DNA of 64,000 nucleotides from Hyphomicrobiaceae bacterium. GTDB lineage: Bacteria > Pseudomonadota > Alphaproteobacteria > Rhizobiales > Hyphomicrobiaceae. Positions 18,653 through 28,870 of this stretch are shown here, piece by piece (positions within the stretch are counted from its first letter, which is position 1; the number at the start of each line of letters is the position of its first letter). A program made the position numbers and the translations under genes. The notes beneath the pieces were generated by a model. The model saw only the letters and a program-made list of their open reading frames with translations. It made no database searches and was not told where the DNA came from. The stretch spans positions 14,475 through 78,474 of the forward strand of contig JBFWXN010000014.1 of the NCBI GenBank assembly GCA_050187415.1. Direction: 5' to 3'.

Positions 18653-19540
18653 ATGGGTGTTTCCATTCGCCAACTCACGCCTGTGGTCGCAGGCGAGGTG
18701 TCGGGTGTCGATCTGACCAAACCCCTTTCGAAGGACGAAGTCGCCGCCATCGAGGCCGGCATGGACAAGTACGCCGTTCTCGTCTTCCACGGCCAGAAAA
18801 TCACCGATGAGCAGCAGCAGGCGTTTTCCAAGAACTTCGGCCCGCTTGAAAATGCCCGCGGCGGGAATGTCACGAAAGCAGAGGACAAACGCCTCAGCGA
18901 CGGCATGAACGACGTGTCGAACCTGGGCAAGGATGGCAAGCCCCTGCCGAAGGACAGCCGGCAGCATCTCTTCAACATCGGCAACATGCTTTGGCATTCG
19001 GACAGCTCCTTCCGGCCCATCCCTGCCAAGTATTCGCTGCTGTCGTGCCGCGTGCTCAACACCGTCGGCGGCAATACCGAGTTTGCGGATATGCGCGCAG
19101 CCTACGACGATCTCGACGCGGCAACAAAGGCCGAGATCGAGGACATGATCTGCGAGCATTCCTTGATGTACTCACGCGGCTCGCTCGGCTTCCTCGATTT
19201 CACCGAGGAGGAGAAACAGATGTTCAAGCCGGTACGCCAGCGCCTCGTGCGCAGCCATCCGGTGACGGGTAGAAAGTCACTCTATCTCTCATCGCATGCG
19301 GGTACCATTCTTGGATACTCGATGCCTGAAGCGCGCATCATCCTGCGGGACCTCACCGAGCACGCAACACAGCCGAAATACGTCTATTCGCACACTTGGC
19401 AGCTCGACGATTTCGTCATGTGGGACAACCGCCAAGTGTTGCACCGCGTGCGTCGGTACGATGCAAGTCAGCCGCGTGACATGCGCCGCACCACGGTCGC
19501 TGGCGATACGATGACCACGCCACAGGCGGAGGCGGCCTGA
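18653..19540 (+). CDS. TauD/TfdA family Fe(II)/2-oxoglutarate dioxygenase
   Basis: MGVSIRQLTPVVAGEVSGVDL start, WHSDSSF (HxD), GGNTEFADM, MWDNRQVLHR. TfdA-like layout, 295 aa. Confidence 0.85.
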   Translation: MGVSIRQLTPVVAGEVSGVDLTKPLSKDEVAAIEAGMDKYAVLVFHGQKITDEQQQAFSKNFGPLENARGGNVTKAEDKRLSDGMNDVSNLGKDGKPLPKDSRQHLFNIGNMLWHSDSSFRPIPAKYSLLSCRVLNTVGGNTEFADMRAAYDDLDAATKAEIEDMICEHSLMYSRGSLGFLDFTEEEKQMFKPVRQRLVRSHPVTGRKSLYLSSHAGTILGYSMPEARIILRDLTEHATQPKYVYSHTWQLDDFVMWDNRQVLHRVRRYDASQPRDMRRTTVAGDTMTTPQAEAA

Positions 19541-19586
19541 GCAAGACGGCCGCAGGCGGGACGATGAAGTCCCGCCTCGTTGCCGC

Positions 19587-20960
19587 CTAGCCGAAGACAT
19601 CCCTGACGAGACGGGGATATTTTGCGCCCAGCGCGATTGCGCGAGCCAGGAACAGCACGATGTAGGATGCCCACAGACCATGGTTTCCCAAGGATCGCCC
19701 CAGCATCCAGTAAAACAGTAGAAAAATGCCGATCGAAACGACCATCGTATTGCGCAATTCTCGCGTACGGGTCGCGCCGGTAAAAATGCCGTCGAGCTGA
19801 AAGCACCACACTCCCGCGATCGGCGAAACCGCCACCCAAGCGAGAAATGCGAGCGCCACCGCCTGGACCTCGATACTTTTGGCGCTGAACCCGACAATCG
19901 CAGGCCCGGCAATCCAGACGACAACGCCCAGCGCCGCGGCGAAAACGGCGGCCCAGCCGGTTGAAATGACCACCGCGCGATCAAAACCCGCACGGTCGCG
20001 CGCTCCGACGCTGCGCCCGACCAGAGCTTCAGCCGCGAACGCGAAGCCATCGAGCAGATAGATCATGATGGCCATCATGCCGTAGAGCAGCGCATTGGCG
20101 GCGAGCGTCACGTCGCCCGACCGAGCGCCCTCCGACGTAAACACGACGAGCGCCGCGTAGCCGATGAACGACCGCACCACGAGATCGCGGTTGATTGCAA
20201 GCGACCGCCCAAGCCTGGCCTTATCGAAGGCATCCAAGAGGGGAGCGCGGGCGGTCATTTTCTGGGCGATCCGGAAAGCAAGGCCCAACCCGGTGAGCGC
20301 GGCCACGTTCTCCGCGACGAGCGCGGCCGATGCCACGCCGGCAACGCCTCCGCCGAGGGCGAGGCCGAACAGCACCGCAAGGCCGATATTGAGCAGATTG
20401 AGAAAGAGCTGGAGACAGAACGCCGTTCCAGCGCGCCCGAGCCCGATCAGCCATCCGAGCAGAGCGAAATTGACGAGCCCTGCCGGAGCCGCCCAGATGC
20501 GAATATCGAAATAGGTCGTGGCCGCCCGGAGAACCTCGGGCGATCCACCCGTCAGCCAGAACGCCGCGTTCCGGATCGGCATCTGCAATAGGACGAGACC
20601 GACGCCCGAGACCAGCGCAACCATCAATGCACGCAGCAGATGCCCTGCGATCTCACGGCCGTCGCCGGTACCCAGCGCCTGCGCCGTCAGCCCGGTCGTC
20701 CCCATCCTGAGGAATGAGAACGTCCAGTAGAGCATGTTGAAGATAACGGAACCTATGGCGACCGCACCCATCAGATGCGGAACCCCGAGCTGCCCCACCA
20801 CCGCCGTGTCGATAAAGCCGATGAGTGGCACCGTCGCATTCGACAGCGTGATTGGCAGCGCGATCGCCAAAACCGCCGCATGGCCGATCCGAGCCGGATT
20901 ACCCCGGCGAACCGTCTCGCACGCGGCACCCCCCTGCGTGCCGACCGGCGCGTCTGTCAC
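19587..20960 (-). CDS. MATE family efflux transporter
   Basis: About 12 TM helices. The N-terminus LAIALPITLSNATVPLIGFIDTAVVGQLG is typical of MATE. The GTG start at 20960 overlaps the upstream stop as GTGA. The Arg/His-rich 5' extension of the 558-aa track ORF is rejected. Confidence 0.85.
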   Translation of the reverse strand: MTDAPVGTQGGAACETVRRGNPARIGHAAVLAIALPITLSNATVPLIGFIDTAVVGQLGVPHLMGAVAIGSVIFNMLYWTFSFLRMGTTGLTAQALGTGDGREIAGHLLRALMVALVSGVGLVLLQMPIRNAAFWLTGGSPEVLRAATTYFDIRIWAAPAGLVNFALLGWLIGLGRAGTAFCLQLFLNLLNIGLAVLFGLALGGGVAGVASAALVAENVAALTGLGLAFRIAQKMTARAPLLDAFDKARLGRSLAINRDLVVRSFIGYAALVVFTSEGARSGDVTLAANALLYGMMAIMIYLLDGFAFAAEALVGRSVGARDRAGFDRAVVISTGWAAVFAAALGVVVWIAGPAIVGFSAKSIEVQAVALAFLAWVAVSPIAGVWCFQLDGIFTGATRTRELRNTMVVSIGIFLLFYWMLGRSLGNHGLWASYIVLFLARAIALGAKYPRLVRDVFG

Positions 20961-21319
20961 TCGCCGCGGCCTCCGCGCCCGCCAAGTGCTCCCAAGATCC
21001 GCGCTATGATCCACACCGGTATCACGATCACCGCACCGAGCAGGAAGTAGCCGATGGCGCCCTCGAACACGCCGAAGCCCAGCGTCGATATGCGATGAAT
21101 GAGCATCTGGACGTGGTAGAAGATGTTCTCGGGCCTGATGTTGAGCGCCGACATGACGATGCCCACGATGATCGAGAGCACGATGAGACGCACGATCACG
21201 CCGATGGGATTGCCCCCGAATAAGCTGTTCCTGTCCAAGCCTCGCTCCCAGACCGAGCCCCATCCGGCCAGAGACTCCAGCCGCCGGGGGATTGCACGAT
21301 CGAGCGGTTCCGATATCAC
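20957..21319 (-). CDS. small membrane protein (DUF6460-like)
   Basis: NPIGVIVRLIVLSIIVGIVMSALNIRPENIFYHV...GYFLLGAVIVIPVWIIARIL matches my memory of DUF6460 proteins. The start is uncertain (GTG 21319 or TTG 21238 after GGGAGCGAGG). Confidence 0.6.
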   Translation of the reverse strand: MISEPLDRAIPRRLESLAGWGSVWERGLDRNSLFGGNPIGVIVRLIVLSIIVGIVMSALNIRPENIFYHVQMLIHRISTLGFGVFEGAIGYFLLGAVIVIPVWIIARILGALGGRGGRGE

Positions 21320-21376
21320 GAACCGGCGTCCGCCGCGACCGGTCGCGACACCATCTCGACGCGCGAGAACCGCTGC

Positions 21377-23995
21377 ATGGCCAGCGGCCCGTTGAGTTCG
21401 AACCGTAGCGGCGCCAAACGCCCCGCCGCCCCCCGGAAACGACTTGCGCCTGCTCCAGCTGGTCCGGTGACGTGTCTCCCGAAGCCGGTCGCCGACTGGT
21501 TCAGGTCACGGGGCTGGACACCTCGCTCGCACCAAATCGCGCTGCTCGAGCAGGCGCGCAAAAAGCGCTCGACCCTGCTGATTGCTCCCACGGGCGCCGG
21601 AAAGACGCTGGCGGGTTTCCTGCCGAGCCTTGTCGCGGCAAGCGAAGCCCAGCCCATCGAGCGCAGGGGCGCGGGGCTGAAGACGCTTTACGTCTCGCCA
21701 TTGAAGGCGCTGGCGGTCGACATTGCGCGCAACCTTACGCACCCCATCGCGGAGATGGGACTGCCATTGCGCGTCGAGACGCGCACAGGCGACACACCGC
21801 AATCGCGCCGCACCAGACAACGCACCAGGCCGCCCGATATCCTGCTGACGACTCCAGAACAGGTCGCACTCCTGATCTCGGGAGAGGACGCGGGCTATCT
21901 TTTCGCTGACCTCGAGACCGTCATACTCGACGAGTTGCACGCACTCGTACCATCGAAGCGCGGGGACCTTCTGGCTCTCGGGTTGGCGCGGCTACGCCAC
22001 TTGGCACCGAACGTGACGCTAACCGGTCTTTCGGCAACCGTTGCGCGCCCGAGCGAGCTGCGTGCCTGGCTTGCCCCCCAAAACGAGCCCGTGGAGGCGC
22101 GCCAGACCACGATCCATCTGGCCGACGCCATCGAGTTGAGCGGCGGCAGTCGGCCTGACATCTCGATCCTCGAGACGGAGGACGCCCTTCCTTGGGCATC
22201 GCACTCCGCTCGCTATGCCGTGCCCGAGGTGCTGGCGGCAATTGCGGCTCACCGTCTGTCGATCGTGTTCGTCAACACGCGCCTCCAGGCGGAGCTGATG
22301 TTCCATGAATTGTGGAAGGCCAACGAGACGAGCTTACCTATCGCGTTGCACCACGGCTCGCTGGCCGTGGCACAGCGCCGCAAGGTTGAGGCGGCCATGG
22401 CGGCGGGCAAGCTGCGCGCGGTCGTCGCGACATCGACACTCGATCTCGGCATCGACTGGGGCGACGTCGACCTCGTCATCCACATTGGCGCACCGAAGGG
22501 TGCGAGCCGCCTCATCCAGCGCATCGGCCGCGCCAATCACCGCCTCGACGAGCCCTCGAAAGCGTTGCTCGTACCGGCCAACCGGTTCGAGGTCCTCGAA
22601 TGCCGCGCCGCACTCGAGGCGGCAGAGGCTGGGGCGCAGGATGCCGTTGTCAATCGGCGGGGCGGTCTCGATGTTCTCGCCCAGCACGTCCTCGGGGTGG
22701 CCTGCGCCAGCCCATTCGATCCGGACTCGGTCTATGCCGAGGTGTCGACCGCGCTGCCCTACGCGGACCTTTCGCGACCCGACTTCGACCGCGTCGTCGA
22801 TCTGGTCGCGACCGGCGGCTACGCCCTTCGGTCCTACGACCGTTTCGCCCGCCTGAAGCCGACCGACGACGGTCGCCTGCGCATCGCCCACCCCCGCATC
22901 GCTCAGCAATATCGACTGAACATTGGAACCATCGTCGAAAGTCCGATGGTGAAGGTGCGGCTCGTTGGCCGGCGAGGCGCATCCGGACGGGCAAAGGGTA
23001 AGCCCCTCGCGGGAGGCCGGGTCGTCGGCGAGATCGACGAGTGGTTCGCGGGAGAGCTGACGCCCGGTGATGCGTTCGTTCTGGGTGGCGAAACGCTGCG
23101 CGCCGAAGGCTTTCGCGACAACGAGATGTTCGTCTCGCGAGCAACCGCCAAGGACCCGATCGTACCGAGCTATCCCGGCGGACGATTTCCACTGTCGACG
23201 CACCTTGCGCGCAGAGTGCGCGAGATCCTGGCCAACCCGGACCGGTGGCAGCGCTTGCCCACTCCGGTTGCCGACTGGCTACACCTGCAAGAGCAGCATT
23301 CGTCGCTGCCGGGTCCTGACGAGGTGCTGATCGAAACATTCTTACACGGCAGCCGCCATCACATGATCGTCTACCCGTTCGAGGGCCGTCTCGCTCACCA
23401 GACGCTCGGCATGCTGCTCACGCGTCGCCTCGAGCGAGCCGGAGCCAAGCCGCTCGGATTCCTCGCCAACGACTACGCCATGGGGATCTGGGGGCTCGGC
23501 GATCTCAACGCCATGGTCGCGTCCGGCACGCTGGATCTCGACGCCCTATTCTCAGAGGACATGCTGGGCGACGACCTGGATGCCTGGCTCGCCGAAACCA
23601 GCCTGATGCGGCGCACCTTCCGCCATTGCGCCATGATCGCCGGATTGATCGAGCGGCGACATCCGGGGAAGGAGAAAAGCGGCCGCCAACTGACCGTATC
23701 CGCTAGCCTCATCTATGACGTTTTGCGCCGGCACGATCCGCATCATATCCTGCTCGAAGCAGCTTACAGGGATGCGGCGACAGGCCTCTTGGACATTGCG
23801 CGGCTGGCGGAGTTCCTTCACCGCATCCGTGGGCGGGTGCGCTATACTCCACTCGATCGGGCGTCTCCCCTTGCGGTGCCGATTCTCCTCGAATTGGGAC
23901 GCGAGGCGGTTGGCGGCGAGGCCCGCGAGGCGGCTTTACGCGATGCGGCCGAGCAGCTCCTGCGAACGGCCGGCATCTCCGGGCCGAGACAGTAA
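21377..23995 (+). CDS. ligase-associated DNA damage response DEXH-box helicase (Lhr-like)
   Basis: Walker A APTGAGKT, DELH box (ILDELHAL), SAT (GLSATV), helicase C-terminal motifs (VATSTLDLGIDWGDVDLVIHIG, QRIGRANH). 872 aa, followed by PdeM. Confidence 0.9.
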   Translation: MASGPLSSNRSGAKRPAAPRKRLAPAPAGPVTCLPKPVADWFRSRGWTPRSHQIALLEQARKKRSTLLIAPTGAGKTLAGFLPSLVAASEAQPIERRGAGLKTLYVSPLKALAVDIARNLTHPIAEMGLPLRVETRTGDTPQSRRTRQRTRPPDILLTTPEQVALLISGEDAGYLFADLETVILDELHALVPSKRGDLLALGLARLRHLAPNVTLTGLSATVARPSELRAWLAPQNEPVEARQTTIHLADAIELSGGSRPDISILETEDALPWASHSARYAVPEVLAAIAAHRLSIVFVNTRLQAELMFHELWKANETSLPIALHHGSLAVAQRRKVEAAMAAGKLRAVVATSTLDLGIDWGDVDLVIHIGAPKGASRLIQRIGRANHRLDEPSKALLVPANRFEVLECRAALEAAEAGAQDAVVNRRGGLDVLAQHVLGVACASPFDPDSVYAEVSTALPYADLSRPDFDRVVDLVATGGYALRSYDRFARLKPTDDGRLRIAHPRIAQQYRLNIGTIVESPMVKVRLVGRRGASGRAKGKPLAGGRVVGEIDEWFAGELTPGDAFVLGGETLRAEGFRDNEMFVSRATAKDPIVPSYPGGRFPLSTHLARRVREILANPDRWQRLPTPVADWLHLQEQHSSLPGPDEVLIETFLHGSRHHMIVYPFEGRLAHQTLGMLLTRRLERAGAKPLGFLANDYAMGIWGLGDLNAMVASGTLDLDALFSEDMLGDDLDAWLAETSLMRRTFRHCAMIAGLIERRHPGKEKSGRQLTVSASLIYDVLRRHDPHHILLEAAYRDAATGLLDIARLAEFLHRIRGRVRYTPLDRASPLAVPILLELGREAVGGEAREAALRDAAEQLLRTAGISGPRQ

Positions 23996-24024
23996 TCGAT
24001 GCGAGCGCACCGGGGACCAAGCGC

Positions 24025-24750
24025 ATGGGCACAGGCATCGCCGAGATTGCGGCATTGGAGACGTCATTCGAAACGCGCACGATGCAGGTCGGCGAGACCG
24101 AAATCGTGGCCGATCGCACCGGTGCCCTTTACGTGCCGTGCGAGGGCACCCTCATCGTCGCCGACCTGCATCTGGAGAAGGGCTCGTCCTACGCAGCGCG
24201 GGGTATCTTTCTTCCGCCCTACGACACACTCGACACATTGCAGCGCCTTGACAAAGTGATCCGACGCTTCCGTCCTCGTCGAGTGATCGCATTGGGTGAC
24301 AGTTTTCACGATCGCCGCGCCGCAGACAGGCTTGGTACCGAAGCGCTCGCGATCCTGCGCCGCCAGCAACGAGGCCGCGAGTGGGTCTGGATTACCGGCA
24401 ACCACGATCCTGACATCCGTCCGGCGATCGGCGGTCACGTGCACGACCACATTGCTCTCGGCCGCCTCGTCCTTCACCATGAGCCCGTTCCAGGGCCGGT
24501 CGACGGCGAGATCGCGGGCCATCTTCACCCGGCCGCTCGCGTCGCCATCGGGGGTGCGGGGTTGCGCCGGCCGTGCTTCGTCGCAAGTCAGACGAGGCTC
24601 GTGCTGCCCGCATTCGGTTCCTTCACGGGCGGCCTCAACGTCCTCGACCCGGCATTCGAACCCCTCTTCGACGGCGACAACTTCGACGTACACGTCCTCG
24701 GCCAGGCCGGGGTCTATCCGATCGCCCGGTCGAGCCTCACCGTCGATTGA
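24025..24750 (+). CDS. pdeM: ligase-associated DNA damage response endonuclease/phosphoesterase PdeM
   Basis: LIVADLHLEKGSS, ALGDSFHD and TGNHD metallophosphoesterase motifs. It lies 30 nt downstream of the helicase. Confidence 0.8.
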   Translation: MGTGIAEIAALETSFETRTMQVGETEIVADRTGALYVPCEGTLIVADLHLEKGSSYAARGIFLPPYDTLDTLQRLDKVIRRFRPRRVIALGDSFHDRRAADRLGTEALAILRRQQRGREWVWITGNHDPDIRPAIGGHVHDHIALGRLVLHHEPVPGPVDGEIAGHLHPAARVAIGGAGLRRPCFVASQTRLVLPAFGSFTGGLNVLDPAFEPLFDGDNFDVHVLGQAGVYPIARSSLTVD

Positions 24751-24796
24751 ATTTGGCGGGTCGAACCTGGAAACTGCGGCATCCGGTGCCGCAGGC

Positions 24797-25714
24797 TCAA
24801 CGCCCGCTGCCGCGGAACGCCATCGCCGCGAGCAAGCCGGCGCTCATTGCTATGACGATGATCGATAGCCCGTAGATCAGCGGCTTGCGGAAAGCCAAGC
24901 CATACATGATGGCTTCGAAGCCTTGCCGATGCAGCTCGAGCTTCGTCGTATACTGGCTCAGCAGCTCGCCATTCCGAAACAGGAAGACGCGCGTCTCGAA
25001 GGGACCGACGACGACGTTGGCCGGCACGTCGATCGACGCGCGAAACAAGCTGCGACCGATAAACGCCACCGAATATTCACTTGTGGTGTAAAGACGATCC
25101 TTGTTCTTCAGGCTGACGATGGCCTGCCGGAACTCCCTCACTTCGGCCGCAGTCCTGCTGGCTGCACTCTTGGAGAGCTCCATCGGCACATAGGCAAAAC
25201 CGATGTTGGTCGACTTCAGCACCTCGGGCGAGGCGATCTCGTCGAGCGGCCTCGTCGAAGCGATCGCATAATAGCTCGGCACACTAGCCATGGTCATGGA
25301 ATCGGTATTGAGCCAGAGGCCGGCCACTCGACCCTTCTTGCGGACGGTAAGCCGCGTGGGCGTCCCGACGACGACGATGACCACATCGTAGAGGCCGGCC
25401 TCGGCACTCGACTGCCGGCTATGATCCACCGCGCCGAAAACAACGATCTCGGTTCCTGAAAAATTCGACGTAACCGGCACGTTGCGTGTGGAGACATCGG
25501 CCTGCACGGTCTCGCGGGGCAGTGCCGGTGCTGCCTCACCGCCGGGATTGGGCGGTGAGGGCTCGATCCGTTGTGGGACAGGAACGGGGATTGGAGTTGG
25601 GCGCTGGTTCTGCTGCGCTTCGGCGACCGAAACGACAAGTCCACCTGCCCAGGCCGCTACCACGAAGATGAGCACGAACCTCGCGCACATCCTCCATTGC
25701 AGCCTGTCTCGCAT
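24797..25714 (-). CDS. TIGR02186 / Alph_Pro_TM family membrane protein
   Basis: N-terminal TM/signal ARFVLIFVVAAWAGGLVV, a long periplasmic middle and a C-terminal TM LIYGLSIIVIAMSAGLLAAMAF. This architecture and context are as I recall for the alphaproteobacterial family. Confidence 0.6.
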   Translation of the reverse strand: MRDRLQWRMCARFVLIFVVAAWAGGLVVSVAEAQQNQRPTPIPVPVPQRIEPSPPNPGGEAAPALPRETVQADVSTRNVPVTSNFSGTEIVVFGAVDHSRQSSAEAGLYDVVIVVVGTPTRLTVRKKGRVAGLWLNTDSMTMASVPSYYAIASTRPLDEIASPEVLKSTNIGFAYVPMELSKSAASRTAAEVREFRQAIVSLKNKDRLYTTSEYSVAFIGRSLFRASIDVPANVVVGPFETRVFLFRNGELLSQYTTKLELHRQGFEAIMYGLAFRKPLIYGLSIIVIAMSAGLLAAMAFRGSGR

Positions 25715-25894
25715 GTCAGATTTCCGTCCCGGACGACCGCCCCGGCGATCGAACGCAAAGGACACACAAAGCCTGCCATTTGGCAAGCCATGAAGCCGCC
25801 AGAAGCACGGTTTTCGCTTGATCGAGGCTCCTAGACGAGAAACGGCCCAGGATGGGAGCGTGAGCACCCCAACCATCCCGAGCCGATCCCCGAG

Positions 25895-28870
25895 CTAACG
25901 AATGACGGCTTTGGTTCGACCGTCCATCGATGCGCTGACGGCGACCCGTGCATTATTCGCCGCCTCGTCCGCAGGCATCGCCCGCCAAGCCGCGATCTGC
26001 GTGTCCATGGCTTGGAGCGTCTCCGGTGGCAGACGTGAGATCAGCATGTCGCGACGGCGCGCAGCCACAGTATCGCCGCCGCGTGCGGCAAGTGAATACC
26101 ACTTGTATGCTGCTGCATGATCCTTCGGCACGCCGAGGCCGCTCTCATAGAGGACGCCAAGATTGTATTGGCTGTCGTGCAGGCCATGCTCTGCCGCGCT
26201 GGTGAACAATCGAGCGGCCGTGATGTAGTCGGGCGATCCACCGGTCGGGCTCGCGCTGATCACCGCGAGGTTATGCATGGCCTTCAGATTGCCCTGCCGC
26301 CCCGCCTTCTCGTAAAGTGCCCGCGCTTTGTTACGGTCGGCCTTCACGCCCATCCCGCGCTCGTAGAGCGTCGCGAGGCGGTATTGCGCGATTGGCTGCC
26401 CTTGATCGGCGGCGTGCTCGTACCATCGGGCGGCCTCGGCGAAATTCTGCCGGACGCCTTTGCCTTCGGCGAGACGGGTCGCAACCTCGAGTTGGGCTGC
26501 AGCGTCGCCCTGCGCGGCTGCGAGCCGCAGCGAAAGTGGTCCGGTCATTGCGGGCGGCAGGTTGAGGTGCCGCCGGTCCTGGCCGCCGGTCCCTGGCGCC
26601 GACCCCGAATTCTGATCAACAGAGGACGTTGATATGGCGGTTGTCGTCTTCGAGTGCGACGGAGCCTGTGGCTGCGTCTCGGTCGAAGACGGGCCGCCCG
26701 CTACTCCGTTCGAGTTCGCGGCCGAGAACGCAGCACGCTGAGACAGCCCCGCCAGGCGCGCACGCTCGCGGGCCTTGATCACGGTGTCGTACGTTGCCGG
26801 TGACGTTCCGAAAGAAACGGCCATACCCGGCCCAGCAGCGGTCTCGGGAGCGGTATTTACAGCCTGTTCGGCGGCTTCCGGCGCGGGCACCGACTGCGCC
26901 GCAGCTATTTTGCTCGGGGCGGGCAGCTCTGGTGTCGCCTCATTGTGGACCCCGCTGATCTTCTCCGCTTCCTTCGTCTCAGCCTGCTCGATGGCCACCG
27001 ACGCGGACGAATTGAATAATCCGTGCTTTTGCCCGAACAGGAACCAATAGCCCGCAAACAGCACGGCAGCGATCGCGACGATCAGCACGCCGGGGCGAAT
27101 AACGCCCGTCGCGGCAAGGCCGCCGGTCACGCCCTTGGTAGTCCAGGCTTTCTCGAGCTTGCCTTTGGCTGCTGCGTCTGCTTCGGCGTTTGGCCGCTCT
27201 GCAGCCTGACGCGCCATCGCGATGAAAGCCCGCCTATCGGTGCTCGTCGAGGGAGTGTCGGCAGGCGCACCTTGTTCCGGCGCTTCGTCCGAGGGGAGCT
27301 CGGAGCCGCCTCGGGCCTCACTGATGGCTCGATGCGAACGCCGGACAGGAAAGAAAGCGTCGGTGGGTCGTGGCAAGTCAACATCGGACCGGCCCCGGCG
27401 TTCCGCGTCCGCCCTGCCTTCCGGTCGATAGACCCGATCGGCTGGCATGCTGTAGCTCTCAGCCGAAAGATCGGCCGCGCCTTGTCTAGCCGTCAGGTTG
27501 ACCAGCCCTTCCAACGGATCGTCAAACCCTGATTGCCCATCGTCCGTTGCACGCGCGTCGTCTAACTGCCCGATGCGAGGAGTGGGCGACACTTGGTCCG
27601 CCTCGACGGAGGATGGAGCGTGGGCTGGCTCATGACCCGGGATCGCCAGCGGCGGAGGCTGCGCAACGTGCTTCCCACCAGCCTCGGCGCGCTCGAGTTT
27701 GTCGAGAACATGCTGCATGGCCAGTTGCAGCGTCTCCAGGGCCTCGAGAGTGCCGGCTTCGTTGCGCCGCCGCTCGTCCATGAACGAGCCGACGATCTCA
27801 CTGAGCGAGGCAAGCTGACTGCCTGTCGCCAGGGCCGACATGGCCTCGAGGGTCGGCTGGGCTTCCGCGACTGGTGAAGTGTCACGTGCGTACGCCGCGA
27901 GCACACGCTCTGCCGCACGCCCGGCGGCGTCTTCGGCAAACTGGGTAAGCTCGTCCGCGGTCGGCACGAGCGCTCCGAACAGATTGAGAACTTTCTCGTC
28001 GGTAAGATTCTGACCTATCTCGCCAAGCCTTTGCTCGATGCCGTCGAGCCGGGCGAGTTCACCACCCGAACGCCGAACCTCGCCCTCCAGCGTTCCGAGA
28101 CGCTCGCCGAGGGCATCGACAGCCTCCCTCGGCGCGAGGCGATCGAGCACTGTTTCAACGCGTCGGGCCGCCTCGAAAAGCCGGGACTGTGCCACGTCGA
28201 TAGCGGCATGGTCGATGCTGCCGCCAAGGCCGGAATATGCGAACGTATCGCCGGCCTTCTCGGCTTCGCCGGTGAACGCGGTAGGGCGCGTCATGGCATC
28301 CAGCACGCTCCGCAGAGGCGGTACACCGTCCTCCGCCTCGTAGCTCCGCGTCAGGGCCTCGGCGGTCTCGTTGTCCCAGGGCTCATCGTCACGATGGTGC
28401 CTTCCGAGTGGCGAATCGCCATTGGGAAATTCCTGTTGGTCAGAGCCCGATAAAGGCGTCTCGCGTTCGCCCTCATTGGCTGCGGACACTTCTGGGCGCC
28501 GCCCATCGTGCCGCTCTGCCCCGCCCTCCGGATGCGCGAAACGGTTGGCTCCGCCCGGCAGCCCGAAACGAAAAGCCGGTGGCTCGCGATCGGATGTCGT
28601 GAAGAGCGGGCCATGGCTGTCGTCGTCATCTTCCGGCGCTACCCCATGCGGCGCAACGGATCCAGGAGCCGGCTCGCCGTGCGGTTGTTTACCACTGGAG
28701 GCCGTCGGCGCAACGTCACTGGGCGCCGCCTCCTCTTTCGCACCGGCCGCCCCCTCCACCTGAGCGATGTGGGCTGCAATGCGATGCAGGAGTTGGTCCA
28801 GCTCTTCCCGCCGCTGCGCAGGCATGTCGATTTCGCGACGTCCCCTGCCAGATCGCTCCGAATCCGCCAT
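25895..28870 (-). CDS. PodJ-like polar localisation factor (coiled-coil cytoplasmic region, one TM, periplasmic Sel1 repeats)
   Basis: 991 aa with low-complexity/coiled-coil N-terminal two thirds. TM helix is GVLIVAIAAVLFAGYWFLF. The C-terminus has tandem Sel1 repeats (AQLEVATRLAEGKGVRQNFAEAARWYEHAADQG, AQYRLATLYERGMGV, AMHNLAV, SQYNLGVLYESGLGVPKD...WYSLAA). Confidence 0.6.
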   Translation of the reverse strand: MADSERSGRGRREIDMPAQRREELDQLLHRIAAHIAQVEGAAGAKEEAAPSDVAPTASSGKQPHGEPAPGSVAPHGVAPEDDDDSHGPLFTTSDREPPAFRFGLPGGANRFAHPEGGAERHDGRRPEVSAANEGERETPLSGSDQQEFPNGDSPLGRHHRDDEPWDNETAEALTRSYEAEDGVPPLRSVLDAMTRPTAFTGEAEKAGDTFAYSGLGGSIDHAAIDVAQSRLFEAARRVETVLDRLAPREAVDALGERLGTLEGEVRRSGGELARLDGIEQRLGEIGQNLTDEKVLNLFGALVPTADELTQFAEDAAGRAAERVLAAYARDTSPVAEAQPTLEAMSALATGSQLASLSEIVGSFMDERRRNEAGTLEALETLQLAMQHVLDKLERAEAGGKHVAQPPPLAIPGHEPAHAPSSVEADQVSPTPRIGQLDDARATDDGQSGFDDPLEGLVNLTARQGAADLSAESYSMPADRVYRPEGRADAERRGRSDVDLPRPTDAFFPVRRSHRAISEARGGSELPSDEAPEQGAPADTPSTSTDRRAFIAMARQAAERPNAEADAAAKGKLEKAWTTKGVTGGLAATGVIRPGVLIVAIAAVLFAGYWFLFGQKHGLFNSSASVAIEQAETKEAEKISGVHNEATPELPAPSKIAAAQSVPAPEAAEQAVNTAPETAAGPGMAVSFGTSPATYDTVIKARERARLAGLSQRAAFSAANSNGVAGGPSSTETQPQAPSHSKTTTAISTSSVDQNSGSAPGTGGQDRRHLNLPPAMTGPLSLRLAAAQGDAAAQLEVATRLAEGKGVRQNFAEAARWYEHAADQGQPIAQYRLATLYERGMGVKADRNKARALYEKAGRQGNLKAMHNLAVISASPTGGSPDYITAARLFTSAAEHGLHDSQYNLGVLYESGLGVPKDHAAAYKWYSLAARGGDTVAARRRDMLISRLPPETLQAMDTQIAAWRAMPADEAANNARVAVSASMDGRTKAVIR

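Noticed and set aside
20961-21263. 5' extension of the MATE ORF (558-aa version).
   Set aside because: The extension is Arg/His-rich and overlaps the DUF6460-like gene in another frame. A GTG at 20960 forming a GTGA overlap gives a normal-length (457 aa) MATE protein.
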